DNA from: a virus
Length of the DNA stretch: 64,000 nucleotides
Strand: one strand, 5' to 3'
Virus record (IMG/VR): IMGVR_UViG_3300037493_007233
Span: 1-64,000 of that record
The number at the start of each line of letters is the position of its first letter. Position 1 is the stretch's first letter. The notes beneath the pieces were generated by a model. It had not been told where the DNA came from and did not search any database. It was given only the letters and a program-made list of their open reading frames with translations. This document shows, in pieces, positions 47,141 to 56,772 of the stretch. A program made the translations under genes and the position numbers.

Positions 47141-47608
47141 TTAGTAATTGTTAGCTTGACGCCTTCTGTTCTCCTCGTTTTTCGACATGTACATATTGTA
47201 CATTTCTTGAGAAGTCATTCCAATTGATGCAGCATAATTCATGAAAAAATGAAGCATATCGATTATTTCAAATTTGCACTCAACCTGATCAGATTCAGAC
47301 AAATCTGAAAATTTCTTGTCAGAAAATGAGCTATAAGCTTTCTTCCATCTCTTCCAAATTGCATTTCCATCGCCGTCTTTAATACCTCCGAGAGCATCTG
47401 TTGCCTCGTGGATTTCGTCAATCAAAGCGTGATTGTTCATGTGCCAGAATTCCATTAATTCTCTTAGCGACATGTTGGAAAAATCGTATCCGTAGACTGT
47501 TTCCTGAGTCGAAGCTTGTAAATTTAAAATGTCACCTAAGGTGTCTTGAGAAAGAGAATAGAGATCTTTGATCTCGAGGTCTGAACATGTATTATCTGTA
47601 TTAGCCAT
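47141..47608 (-). CDS. all-alpha dUTPase/dCTPase (MazG-like) family
   Basis: DEIHE, WKRWK, EIIDMLHF, Y..KNEEN.RRQ...Y. Confidence 0.8.
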   Translation of the reverse strand: MANTDNTCSDLEIKDLYSLSQDTLGDILNLQASTQETVYGYDFSNMSLRELMEFWHMNNHALIDEIHEATDALGGIKDGDGNAIWKRWKKAYSSFSDKKFSDLSESDQVECKFEIIDMLHFFMNYAASIGMTSQEMYNMYMSKNEENRRRQANNY

Positions 47609-47695
47609 ATTTTATTTTTTCTTCCTTCCCCCTGGTAACATTGGGTTTTTTATATATCAAGTTGACTTTGAAACCAGAGGAAAGTTGTGAGGGTT

Positions 47696-49099
47696 TTACG
47701 TTAATTTTTTTAATTGTTTCCCCAACTGGTCAATTTCTATTTCAAGTTTCAGCATTCGGTCTTTGGTAGCCCTTCTTTTGGCGTAAAGATCCTTAATTAT
47801 CGTCTTCAGTATTGGGCTTTCATTGTCACCTCCGAAGATAGCACCAGAGGAAGTTTTAATCCATCCTTCTTTTAGGTCAAGGAGATTTTTTCCTTTATAA
47901 ACTTCGGGAGAGATCCCCCATTGAACGATGGTGTTAGGGTACAGTGAAGCAAAGTCATAACAAGCTACCCATTCGTGCAATCCTACGATGGGCTCCTTCA
48001 CGTATCCACCTATAAATTTGACGTGTGACTCTTCTTTTCTTTCGTTCACGAACACCTGTTTTCTTTCCAGGAATTTCCTAAGCATCATAACCTCGGTAGA
48101 CCAAACAGGGGAAAGAGCTCTGTTGATTTCCACCCCGTTGAGATTTGCTATCTTAAAGAAAGTTAGGAGTGTTCCTAGCTTTTTATCGATGTAATGAACA
48201 AGCGCACAGTCAATTGCGTTATAGAAAATGAATTTGACAAAATCAGATTGATAAAGATCCCTTAGAGACCCGTCATAGTGAATCTTTTTAAGGCCAGTTG
48301 CTTTTTCAGCAACGTAGTCCAAACGATTTGATTCTTTAATCTTAATTACTCTATCCCACTTCTTGTAGATCTCAAGGTAATCGACCATTAGCAAGTGGAC
48401 TGGTAATTGGTTTTGCCCGATAAGATATCCGCCCGGAGAAATAATCTTTGGATCGATGCCCAATCTTTTTGCACGATTGAGCAAATACGGCCAGTCATAT
48501 CCAAACCAGTTCCATCCTGTGATCAAAGCCATTTTAGGCGCAAGATCTTTGAAGAAGGTATACATCATGTCGTATTCCGACTCAAACTGCATATACTTAA
48601 AAGACCATTCGTCTCCCATCTTAGAAAGGTACTCGTTAGTCTGCTTATAGATATCTGCTTGCTGTTCCGGTGTGAGCGGATCCAGACCAAGGACTATGAG
48701 TTTACATTTATCTGTTGCAATACCAATTGAAAGAACTTTATTTTTTGCGTTGACAGTATCGAGAGAATCCGCCATTTCATCAGTCATCTCAACCTCAATA
48801 TCGACGAAGTATTTCTTAGGGGTTTGGAAATCCCAAAAAGGCTGAGTTAAATCCTTGTCCGCTTGTTCCAAAAGCTGCACTATCCGATACTTATCGTATT
48901 TTTGACTTTTAGATTTCTTAACTGCGGATCCGTCCCAGTTTTTCCAATCCTGATCTCTTAGTCTGTCACTTGCTGAGCATTTTTCCCAGACGAATCTTTC
49001 TGTCTCTGGGATTGGCACTTCGATAAACACCATATCACCTTCAGGAGAGAAGGTAGACACTTTCAAATGGGTCCCTTTATTTTCTATATCTACAATCAT
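47696..49099 (-). CDS. family B DNA polymerase, N-terminal half (3'-5' exonuclease and motif A)
   Basis: DIEV, GWNWFGYD, YNAID, GGYVKEP, DFASLYP; ends in the first fingers helix. Confidence 0.92.
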   Translation of the reverse strand: MIVDIENKGTHLKVSTFSPEGDMVFIEVPIPETERFVWEKCSASDRLRDQDWKNWDGSAVKKSKSQKYDKYRIVQLLEQADKDLTQPFWDFQTPKKYFVDIEVEMTDEMADSLDTVNAKNKVLSIGIATDKCKLIVLGLDPLTPEQQADIYKQTNEYLSKMGDEWSFKYMQFESEYDMMYTFFKDLAPKMALITGWNWFGYDWPYLLNRAKRLGIDPKIISPGGYLIGQNQLPVHLLMVDYLEIYKKWDRVIKIKESNRLDYVAEKATGLKKIHYDGSLRDLYQSDFVKFIFYNAIDCALVHYIDKKLGTLLTFFKIANLNGVEINRALSPVWSTEVMMLRKFLERKQVFVNERKEESHVKFIGGYVKEPIVGLHEWVACYDFASLYPNTIVQWGISPEVYKGKNLLDLKEGWIKTSSGAIFGGDNESPILKTIIKDLYAKRRATKDRMLKLEIEIDQLGKQLKKLT

Positions 49100-49154
49100 T
49101 CTATTCTTTATTTAGTTCAAAATCCTGAGGGGTTTGGATTGATATATAAACCAT

Positions 49155-49472
49155 ATGTCTAGCAGGGTTAAAAGTTTCGAAAATTATATTCAAGAAAGCT
49201 TCCCACCAGGAGTGGTAGAGGTTCCTGGCCAGTGGTACAAGGATAATGTCAATTCAAGAAACTACAGGCCAGCTCACACGCAGATGCCAAGTGTTGTTGA
49301 CGATCTTTACAACAGGACAGATCTTTATACTTATTTAGACCAATTGGCTGAGGAGGAAGAGTTTCAGAAAATGCTATCTTCGAATGATAAAGATTCGAAG
49401 AAAATTGTGAATTACGTTAAAAAAAGAATTCACGAGGAGCTTTCACATTCTGCAAAGGTAGATTCTAAATAA
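49155..49472 (+). CDS. hypothetical protein with capsid-targeting-like N-terminus
   Basis: MSSRVKSFENYIQE; GATATATA at 49141. Confidence 0.7.
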   Translation: MSSRVKSFENYIQESFPPGVVEVPGQWYKDNVNSRNYRPAHTQMPSVVDDLYNRTDLYTYLDQLAEEEEFQKMLSSNDKDSKKIVNYVKKRIHEELSHSAKVDSK

Positions 49473-49486
49473 AACTTGAATGCGCT

Positions 49487-50317
49487 TTGAACCCCATTAT
49501 CCAGCATCTGGACGAAAACTCTTATTACAGCGAACCTCATCCCAAAGACGCTATATTTCTACATCACACAGAGGGGTATTACAGGCCGGATTGGGTCATC
49601 TCATCCTGGGACAGGAATAAAACAAATTCAACCAACAAGATAAGAACTGCAGCTTGTTTGGTAATAGGAGGTAAGGACCCTAAAGGATTGGACAACTCCT
49701 ATGATGGAGTGGTAATGCAAGCATTTCCGCCAAATGCCTGGGCACACAATCTTTCGATTAAATCTAAGAACAATACATTTCTTAATCAGAAGAGTATTTC
49801 AATTGAGCTTTGCAACTTTGGCCAGCTGATAGAATCTTTAGACGGAGGATTCTACACAAAAACTCATGTCAGAATACCAGAGGATCAAATCTGTGAACTA
49901 ACCCAGCCGTTTAGGGGTTACACTTATTTCCATCTTTACAGCGATAAGCAGCTTGAATCTCTTAGAAAGATGCTACTAGATCTTTCAGAAAAATTTGAGA
50001 TAGATCTTTCCCGCGGAATTAAAAAGGAGATATTAAAATCAGAATCACCCTTACCAGAGGGCATAAGCGGGCTGAAACTTCAAAAGTGGCTTAATAAAAA
50101 CGGATTTACTGATGCCTGGGGAATGAAGATCCATGAAACAGGGGAAATGGATCAAAAAACAAGAGAAGCTTTGGAATCTGTTGGTAAAAATCCATTTTCT
50201 TTAAACCCTATAGCAGTAAATGGCGGGCCCGGACTTTGGTCACATTCCAATGTGAGAATGGATCTACTGGACGTTACTCCCCAACCCAAGTTAATAGAGT
50301 TAATTAAATCTCTCTAA
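49487..50317 (+). CDS. N-acetylmuramoyl-L-alanine amidase (amidase_2, endolysin candidate)
   Basis: IFLHHT, WAH, SISIELCN, SH..R.D..P; inserted PG-binding-like LQKWLN..G. Confidence 0.8.
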   Translation: MNPIIQHLDENSYYSEPHPKDAIFLHHTEGYYRPDWVISSWDRNKTNSTNKIRTAACLVIGGKDPKGLDNSYDGVVMQAFPPNAWAHNLSIKSKNNTFLNQKSISIELCNFGQLIESLDGGFYTKTHVRIPEDQICELTQPFRGYTYFHLYSDKQLESLRKMLLDLSEKFEIDLSRGIKKEILKSESPLPEGISGLKLQKWLNKNGFTDAWGMKIHETGEMDQKTREALESVGKNPFSLNPIAVNGGPGLWSHSNVRMDLLDVTPQPKLIELIKSL

Positions 50318-50692
50318 ATAAAGGAGGAGCTTCTTATCTGTAGGATTTACATTCAGATTATTGTTGATGAATATCTCCCAGGAATCGGAAGCATATTTGC
50401 CCACCCCAGGCAGCTCTAGCACAGATTCAAACCCCTGAATCCATTTCCGACTTAATCCTTGTATTCTTTCAGACTTGACTCGAGAAAAACCAGTTGATCT
50501 TATTATTTCCTGTATAATTTCCGGGTTTATCGAACAGGCCAATTCTGGATTCGGTATGACTTCAAATAGAGGTGATAAGACTTTTCTAACTTGTTGATTT
50601 GTAGTTTGATTAAGTAGTATACAACATACCATCATTTTCCATGGATCATCCAAATAGTCTTCCTGTATTAATCTCTCTATATTTTGTACCAT
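50300..50692 (-). CDS. MBD4-like HhH-GPD DNA glycosylase
   Basis: DPWKMMVCCILLNQT, LPGVGKYASDS..IF..D. Confidence 0.82.
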   Translation of the reverse strand: MVQNIERLIQEDYLDDPWKMMVCCILLNQTTNQQVRKVLSPLFEVIPNPELACSINPEIIQEIIRSTGFSRVKSERIQGLSRKWIQGFESVLELPGVGKYASDSWEIFINNNLNVNPTDKKLLLYLERFN

Positions 50693-50701
50693 ATCGAAAA
50701 T

Positions 50702-50734
50702 AAGCCTGGCAAGAATATTTCCCTGCCAGGCTTT
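50702..50734. terminator. hairpin, probable terminator
   Basis: AAGCCTGGCA/TGCCAGGCTT. Confidence 0.55.
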
Positions 50735-50764
50735 AAGGTGCTAAATTAATTAAAAGTTTCGAGA

Positions 50765-51193
50765 TTAAAGAATTTCAATCCTTTTTGAAATGGATTCTTT
50801 TCTTTTTGGCACTCTAAGTTTAAGAATACCATTTTCCATTTTAGCCTCTAACTTTTTCCCGTCCGTTGAATCTGGTAATCTGAACTTCTTTGAGAAATCA
50901 GAAGTCCATCCGGATTTATTGTCCTTTCCCTCAATGTGAAGTACGTTTTCACTCACCTCGATTGTAATGTCATCCTGGGTAAATCCTGGGACCAAAAATT
51001 CTGCAACATAAGCATCGTCTTTTTCTTTAATTTCATAGCTAATTGTTTCTGATGAGCTTAGTCTGTTTGATAGAATTCTTTCCATCATTTCGAGTGGGTG
51101 GTAAACTTTGTATTTTTCCATATTGTTGATATTTTTTTGATATAGAATATACAATTTGTGTTCCACCCGTGGAATAAACAAAAAACCCGACAA
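50765..51193 (-). CDS. small heat-shock protein Hsp20; start probably 51121
   Basis: VPGF..I.IE, F.K.F.LP, A.MENGIL.L.VPK. Confidence 0.88.
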   Translation of the reverse strand: MSGFLFIPRVEHKLYILYQKNINNMEKYKVYHPLEMMERILSNRLSSSETISYEIKEKDDAYVAEFLVPGFTQDDITIEVSENVLHIEGKDNKSGWTSDFSKKFRLPDSTDGKKLEAKMENGILKLRVPKRKESISKRIEIL

Positions 51194-51207
51194 AGTGTCG
51201 GGTTTTT
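51180..51207. terminator. bidirectional terminator hairpin
   Basis: AAAAACCCGACA-AAG-TGTCGGGTTTTT. Confidence 0.7.
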
Positions 51208-51245
51208 AACTTATTAATCAAAAAAACTATGACAAAATGCCGGTT

Positions 51246-51734
51246 TTACTTTTCTTGAAGCATTTTCATTGCTTTAGAAAAATCCATAAAAGTCTGAATC
51301 GTTCTTTTCTTTTTCTTCTTTTTATTGTCATTCTGAGCAGCAGGTGTACCTACTGTTAAACTATCAAACTTATCACCAGATCCTTGTTTAGCGACATCAT
51401 AAAAGTTTGCATTAGTACCTGGACCCTGTGGAGGAGTAACAGGTCCCATACCAGGAGTGGTATTAAGTGTAGCCATTGCTCCACCTCCACCCATATCGTT
51501 TTCATCTAACTCGTATTCTGGGTATCCACATTCCCACACCATTTTCTCTACCTGCCAAGCTTCAGTGCAATATTTGTTTTCGTTCATCCACCTAGACAAT
51601 TTTTCGATTATATCTCGAGGTGTGCAAGAAGATTCAATAACTGGAGTATCATCACAGCAGCAAAGACAAACTACGGTGTGTCCATTAGTGGTTGATCCAG
51701 TTGGGAAGTACATATTATCCATTTTGTTTTTCAA
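51246..51734 (-). CDS. hypothetical protein
   Basis: ATLNTTPGMG, GSGD; C-terminal IQTFMDF motif. Confidence 0.65.
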   Translation of the reverse strand: MKNKMDNMYFPTGSTTNGHTVVCLCCCDDTPVIESSCTPRDIIEKLSRWMNENKYCTEAWQVEKMVWECGYPEYELDENDMGGGGAMATLNTTPGMGPVTPPQGPGTNANFYDVAKQGSGDKFDSLTVGTPAAQNDNKKKKKKRTIQTFMDFSKAMKMLQEK

Positions 51735-51960
51735 TTATTTGTGCAACATTTCTGGCAAATATCCTGATGGTTTGTCCAGATTCATTTAGTGTTATATAAC
51801 CAATAATATCGCCATAAACATCTCTAATAGCATCGGTTACAAGTAATTTATTGCCATTAGAATCAATGATGTTTTTGCCAGACAACCTATCAGTCTCCTT
51901 AGACCTATTTATTCTTTGGCCTATTTGATCTACGGTTCTTTTGCTACAGGTATTACACAT
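51715..51960 (-). CDS. hypothetical protein
   Basis: ORF in operon. Confidence 0.55.
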   Translation of the reverse strand: MCNTCSKRTVDQIGQRINRSKETDRLSGKNIIDSNGNKLLVTDAIRDVYGDIIGYITLNESGQTIRIFARNVAQIIEKQNG

Positions 51961-51970
51961 AACTTAGTAT

Positions 51971-52384
51971 TTATCTATAGTCTCCTCTGAGTTCTTTTCT
52001 TCTTAAATAATTAAAAAGATATCTAAGAGCCTTAGAATATTCTTTGGCAGTTTTAAAAGGCTTTGGGAATCTTCTAATGTCATTACCATTACCCTGTGGA
52101 ATCTCATCAGAAATAACCGGGTTGTACCTTCTCACTATTCCTGTTGGGTGAATAGTGTAGAATACATCCCCGTGACCTTTTTCTTTTTCCTTATGCTTAG
52201 TTCTGGTAAATTTCAAAGTATTATTAAGATCCTGTTGATGAGAATGAACCTCTTTAAACCCAAGATCTATGATACTTCTGTATTCTTTGCTTTTTCTAAC
52301 CTTCTCTATATCCAAATCTCTCCTATCCTCAGTTTTGTATTCTTTTCTGGGGTCGTATTTAGAATATTCTAGAAGGTTATTCAT
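51971..52384 (-). CDS. hypothetical protein
   Basis: MNNLLEYSKY N-terminus. Confidence 0.65.
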   Translation of the reverse strand: MNNLLEYSKYDPRKEYKTEDRRDLDIEKVRKSKEYRSIIDLGFKEVHSHQQDLNNTLKFTRTKHKEKEKGHGDVFYTIHPTGIVRRYNPVISDEIPQGNGNDIRRFPKPFKTAKEYSKALRYLFNYLRRKELRGDYR

Positions 52385-52842
52385 TACTTCTTGCTCTTGT
52401 TTATAAACTCTCTGTAATCGGCTAGATTTTGCATCTTTCTACCTTTCTTAGGAGCTTTAACATCCGGATTAAGAACTGGAGTGATTGGTGCAATTCCACC
52501 TCCAGGAGAAAGTCCAGGAGTGTAGGAAGGAATACCTTTGCTTGCTATAATAGGAGAAGTTGCTCCCGCAACAGCAATTCCTTTTTCGTCCAATTCTTCC
52601 ATTTCCTCAGATTCTTTCATTGGCTTGTCTTTATAGGGCTTGCCAGCTTCAACGTAATGAGGAAGTTTCTTTGATTTGGTAGATGCAAACTTATCCAGTT
52701 CCTTATCTGTCATATCGCCATCCGCAATTGACTTAATTTCTTTCCTGTATTTTGGGTCAATGTCTTTAAGCTTAAGAAGTCCTTTTCTTAAACCCCATGC
52801 TTGTCCCATAACTGCTTGCTGTGCTTTTGATACTGAAGGCAT
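52384..52842 (-). CDS. hypothetical protein (DUF3008-like N-terminus)
   Basis: MPSVSKAQQ..MT.KEL..FASTK.K.LP. Confidence 0.65.
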   Translation of the reverse strand: MPSVSKAQQAVMGQAWGLRKGLLKLKDIDPKYRKEIKSIADGDMTDKELDKFASTKSKKLPHYVEAGKPYKDKPMKESEEMEELDEKGIAVAGATSPIIASKGIPSYTPGLSPGGGIAPITPVLNPDVKAPKKGRKMQNLADYREFINKSKK

Positions 52843-52882
52843 AGTTATTTAGATTCTATTTTTTAAAGTTTGATGTAGTAAT

Positions 52883-53287
52883 TTAGATAAATCTAGATTC
52901 ATCTTCCAATCTACCATCAGGATTTTTTATACTTTCGAATTCCTCCTTTAAATAAAGGTGTTTCATCTTCTTCTGGATTTCCTTTGCTGTCATAGGTTTA
53001 GCATTGAGTCCCCAGTTTGTATTCGGATTAATTATCTTAGAAGGTTTTTTCTTCCATTCTGGAAAAGTCCATAACCACTTGTTATAAGCCTTTCCTACAA
53101 TTTCGAATCCCTTATCACCAGGTTGGATTGCAATTGGTGATTGTGGCGGAATGTAACTAGAAGTTTCTGCCTCGTTTTCCTGTTTGAATGCTTTGTCAAC
53201 TATAGCAAATCCCTTGTCTCCCTTTGGAATTTTTTTAGCAGATTTTGGTGCTTTGTAGCTTGATGTTAGAGATGGATCTTTTGCCAT
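52883..53287 (-). CDS. hypothetical protein with internal GDKGF.IV.KA repeat
   Basis: Two copies of the motif. Confidence 0.65.
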   Translation of the reverse strand: MAKDPSLTSSYKAPKSAKKIPKGDKGFAIVDKAFKQENEAETSSYIPPQSPIAIQPGDKGFEIVGKAYNKWLWTFPEWKKKPSKIINPNTNWGLNAKPMTAKEIQKKMKHLYLKEEFESIKNPDGRLEDESRFI

Positions 53288-53301
53288 AGTTATTTGTTAA
53301 T

Positions 53302-53508
53302 TTAGTCTATTACTGCTTCAATCTTGGACTTTGTAATTTGAACTGTTTCAAATGCACCAGCAGTTCCTTCCAGGTATTCTGCTAATTTCTTTTCAACTTC
53401 TAAAACAGTTTCTGCCGGAACTAAAAATTGACCAGCGTGAATTACTGGATCCCCGTTTCTTTTTGCTTCTCCGGTTTCGAAGTTTACTTTAGCGATGTAA
53501 AATGCCAT
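53302..53508 (-). CDS. DUF4494-like small protein
   Basis: FLV.AE...E.E, I.KSKI..V. Confidence 0.6.
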   Translation of the reverse strand: MAFYIAKVNFETGEAKRNGDPVIHAGQFLVPAETVLEVEKKLAEYLEGTAGAFETVQITKSKIEAVID

Positions 53509-53554
53509 ATTTAAATTTTTTAGAGTGTTAGTTTTTTATATATCCACGGAAAAC

Positions 53555-53582
53555 AAAAAAGGCAACCATATAGGCTGCCTTT
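53555..53582 (-). terminator. intrinsic terminator
   Basis: AAAGGCAGCC-TATAT-GGTTGCCTTTTTT. Confidence 0.75.
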
Positions 53583-53600
53583 CATGTTCTAAAATGGGTA

Positions 53601-53777
53601 TTAACCTTGATTCTTAGAGTCTTGTACCTCAACTCGTACTTGCTGAGCAAGCTTCTTAAGCTCTTGCATAGCTTGTCTAACACGAGTTCCTGCAGCTTTA
53701 TTTCCCTTTTCAGCGAATTTAACTACATCAGCTTCAGCAGCTGCTACGAGGTTTTTGATTTCTTCAAATGTTTGCAT
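53601..53777 (-). CDS. histone H1-like Hc1 family protein, 58 aa, not in ORF track
   Basis: MQTFEEIKNLVAAAEADVVKFAEKGNKAAGTRVRQAMQELKKLAQQVRVEVQDSKNQG; promoter upstream and terminator downstream. Confidence 0.85.
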   Translation of the reverse strand: MQTFEEIKNLVAAAEADVVKFAEKGNKAAGTRVRQAMQELKKLAQQVRVEVQDSKNQG

Positions 53778-53843
53778 GATTCGAATTTTTTTTAAGTTAT
53801 AGTGAGAATTTTGTAAAAAGTTCCATTTTGGTGCTTTTTTGAG

Positions 53844-54377
53844 TTATCTACTTAAAATGTAGATTCCTCTGTGAGATCCTTCTTGCATAGCCCACTCTGG
53901 ACCTAGAGCAGAAATAAGCATCGATTTTGCGAATTCTTCATAGTTTTCTATGTCCAAGTTATCGTGCATTTCATCAACCATTCTAACTACTTTAGGATTT
54001 TTTTCCAGGTAGTTGTTTATACATCTGTTAACTTGCTCAAAGAATCTAGAAAGATCATTTCCTTCAAGTTTGAATTTTTCGTCGTTAATCTGGGGAAGTG
54101 TAGCTTTATTGATAGCAATGTCCTCAATTACTTCAGATCCTATTTCGTTAACGTTTAATACAGCATGAGAATTTTTAGGTCCCTCTAAAGTTTCGTATTC
54201 TGAGTATTTGCCGATGAACATAACGTACCCATTTTGTCCACCCTCTTCCATATCTAATTGAAAGAAATAATAGAACATATCGCCATCTCTTCTAAACAAA
54301 AATGGTTCGGTACCAAACCCATCTGCTTCTTTTAGATGATCTAAAAATTGACCGTAGCTTTTAATCCTTTTTTCCAC
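53844..54377 (-). CDS. hypothetical protein with capsid-targeting-like N-terminus
   Basis: KRIKSYGQFLDHLKE; GATATATA upstream. Confidence 0.7.
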   Translation of the reverse strand: MEKRIKSYGQFLDHLKEADGFGTEPFLFRRDGDMFYYFFQLDMEEGGQNGYVMFIGKYSEYETLEGPKNSHAVLNVNEIGSEVIEDIAINKATLPQINDEKFKLEGNDLSRFFEQVNRCINNYLEKNPKVVRMVDEMHDNLDIENYEEFAKSMLISALGPEWAMQEGSHRGIYILSR

Positions 54378-54403
54378 TGTAGTTTGTATTTTTTTATATA
54401 TCT

Positions 54404-56320
54404 TTACTTTGGCATCTCAGCAGAGAGCAGGGTGTAAAGATTTAGAACAGATTTCGGTAGAAGCTTCTTAAGTGAAGCAAAATCTTCACTTTTTAATTTG
54501 TCTCGTACCTCTGTTGCAGAAGTAAATCTAGGGGTAACTTCCAGCCCAAAATCCTTCGGTAAATTGTCTATTAGATCTGATCTCTTGATATACTCGATCT
54601 GCTTCTCGTAGTAATCTTTACGGTCGTCCCCAGCTGCAATTAAATGTGGTTCTAGACCCATCATTACAAGCTTGTTTATGATAGAACCTACTAAACCCCT
54701 ATCGACTATCATATAATCTACGAGATCCTCTGGATTATCCTTAACCACGGCTTCCATATACTGCTTAATGATCCTTTCATCAAAAGGAGATTTACCAGAT
54801 TTGATATGCCCAGGATATACAACAACCACAAAACTTGGGAGGTTGTTTTTCTCCTTTAATTTCTTAGCCATTTTTAAATGTCCAGAATGAAATGGCTGGA
54901 ATCTGCCAATAAGGACGTTAACAGCTTTTGGATCCTCTGGTGCTTTTTCTACAAGTTGATCCTTATCGTCCTTTGTCTGGTTATCGATAGTTTCCAATTT
55001 GCTAATAAACTCATCGTAAGAAAAGAAAGGATTTTCTGATCTTTCAGATTCCTCATTTTCCTCCTGGATGTAATCTACGTTTGGTATAAACTCCTTTTTA
55101 AAATCAGAGAAAGAAACAAACTCAGATTCATTAACGGGGGATTTCTCTTTTTTAATGTAATCCTTGATATCCTGAATTAACAGATTCAGCTGCTCAACCA
55201 TACCTGAGGTCACAATACCTGTCGCTCTGGTTTTAATTTTGCGGAATGAATTTAGGATAAGTTTGAAAAGAGATTCAAAAGATTCATCCTCTTCAACATA
55301 CTTAAGAACTTTTCTGTCAGTAATCAGATTCTTATTAAGTCGAAAATCTTCTTTTTTCAAATAGCTAGGCTCTTCAAAATCGGTCCCCTTGTATTTCTCC
55401 TTGTTTTCATCCAAAAACTTAGCGAACACATCTGATATAAACGAAATGTATCTTTCATCTTCTGTATCACCTTCTACTTCGAAATTCTTTAATCCTTTCT
55501 CGAGAATAAAGTTCATCACATCCAAAAGAGTAATACCCAAAAAGTCGCTAGGCTTCTTTTCTCTTTGTTCTGAACTCTTCTGCTTTGCTATCTCGGTAAA
55601 AATTGGATCTACCATTTTAGCAAGAACAGTTTCATTTTCTTTATTGGGATCACCAAATCTAAAAACAATTCCTTCAACCTCTTTATCTAGATCTTCATTC
55701 AATGCGCTTTTAGAAAGTTCAGGATTCAAAGTAGAAATGATGTATCTCACAAAACTCTGGGTAGAGAATCTTTCCACTAATTTTTTGAACGGGGTATTTA
55801 GAAATTCTAGAAGTTTTGACTTCTGATCCTCATCGAGTTTACCTTGAAATATAATAGGAGAATGCTCAACGCCTAATAGATCAGCCCATTCATCTAAAGA
55901 TGATTTTTTCTGTATAGTCTTAACTATTTTTCCAGCATCGTCTAATTGGTGAACGTATGATAGAATCAAATGATTCTTGGGTAATCTATCATAAACAATC
56001 TCAACCGGATTTGTGTTGGCAAAGTATTCTAGTCCAAATCTCCACCCTCTTGGTATTTTTTGAATCACATGGGGTGGGAGAGATTCGATATACTGGATTG
56101 GCTTTTCGTAGTACTTCATCAGAGTCCTATCGACCAAGGTAATAGGATTTCTTTGGTCCCTTCTGTAAAATTTGAATTTTCCTGTGTCCTTATCTCTTTC
56201 GAAACTAAAGGCAGATCCATCCATCTTTTCGTTGATGGTAACATATTGATTAAAAAGCTGATTTACGAAATCAGCTCCTTTTTTATTGTAAAGGTCGTAT
56301 AGGTGATTAATTCCAGCCAT
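54404..56320 (-). CDS. ligase-like nucleotidyltransferase fused to HIGH-motif cytidylyl/adenylyltransferase
   Basis: EKMDGS, EGIVF, AKMVD; C-terminal GRFQPFHSGH..SPF..SATEVR. Confidence 0.75.
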   Translation of the reverse strand: MAGINHLYDLYNKKGADFVNQLFNQYVTINEKMDGSAFSFERDKDTGKFKFYRRDQRNPITLVDRTLMKYYEKPIQYIESLPPHVIQKIPRGWRFGLEYFANTNPVEIVYDRLPKNHLILSYVHQLDDAGKIVKTIQKKSSLDEWADLLGVEHSPIIFQGKLDEDQKSKLLEFLNTPFKKLVERFSTQSFVRYIISTLNPELSKSALNEDLDKEVEGIVFRFGDPNKENETVLAKMVDPIFTEIAKQKSSEQREKKPSDFLGITLLDVMNFILEKGLKNFEVEGDTEDERYISFISDVFAKFLDENKEKYKGTDFEEPSYLKKEDFRLNKNLITDRKVLKYVEEDESFESLFKLILNSFRKIKTRATGIVTSGMVEQLNLLIQDIKDYIKKEKSPVNESEFVSFSDFKKEFIPNVDYIQEENEESERSENPFFSYDEFISKLETIDNQTKDDKDQLVEKAPEDPKAVNVLIGRFQPFHSGHLKMAKKLKEKNNLPSFVVVVYPGHIKSGKSPFDERIIKQYMEAVVKDNPEDLVDYMIVDRGLVGSIINKLVMMGLEPHLIAAGDDRKDYYEKQIEYIKRSDLIDNLPKDFGLEVTPRFTSATEVRDKLKSEDFASLKKLLPKSVLNLYTLLSAEMPK

Positions 56321-56322
56321 TA

Positions 56323-56772
56323 TTATTCAAAAAGAAAATTTTCTATTTCACTACTAAAACTCCTTGTAAAAGAAAGGGGTCCAAATTTTTTGTTAAAATC
56401 CACACTAATTATTCCAGAGATTACCATTTGTGATATTCCTTTTAGTAAACTTCCCACTAGGATTTTCGATTTTGGCTGTAAATTCTTATGATATAAGTTG
56501 ATTAATAGCGGGGTAAATATTTCCAATGGTGGTATTTTAGATTGATAGTTTAGAATTCTATATACTTCTTTTTCGATAAAATAAACAGATTTGCCTCCAA
56601 CTATAACCTCCATATTTCCATCTTCTGCCTTTAGAACTACTCCTTTATGCCCATTATCAGTCCTAAATAAAATTAGATCTTTATCCCTTAATACAAGGTT
56701 TACACCGTCTCCATCCAGTATAATATCAAGAGCACTGTAGATTAGATCTGTATGTTTAAGTGTAAATTCCAT
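56323..56772 (-). CDS. hypothetical protein
   Basis: ORF in operon. Confidence 0.6.
   Translation of the reverse strand: MEFTLKHTDLIYSALDIILDGDGVNLVLRDKDLILFRTDNGHKGVVLKAEDGNMEVIVGGKSVYFIEKEVYRILNYQSKIPPLEIFTPLLINLYHKNLQPKSKILVGSLLKGISQMVISGIISVDFNKKFGPLSFTRSFSSEIENFLFE

Noticed and set aside
28181-49099. Split intein joining the polymerase halves
   Set aside because: No intein N-terminal Cys block or C-terminal HN-C/S/T at the break.
53607-53795. Plus-strand 62 aa ORF in track
   Set aside because: Shadow of the minus-strand Hc1 gene.
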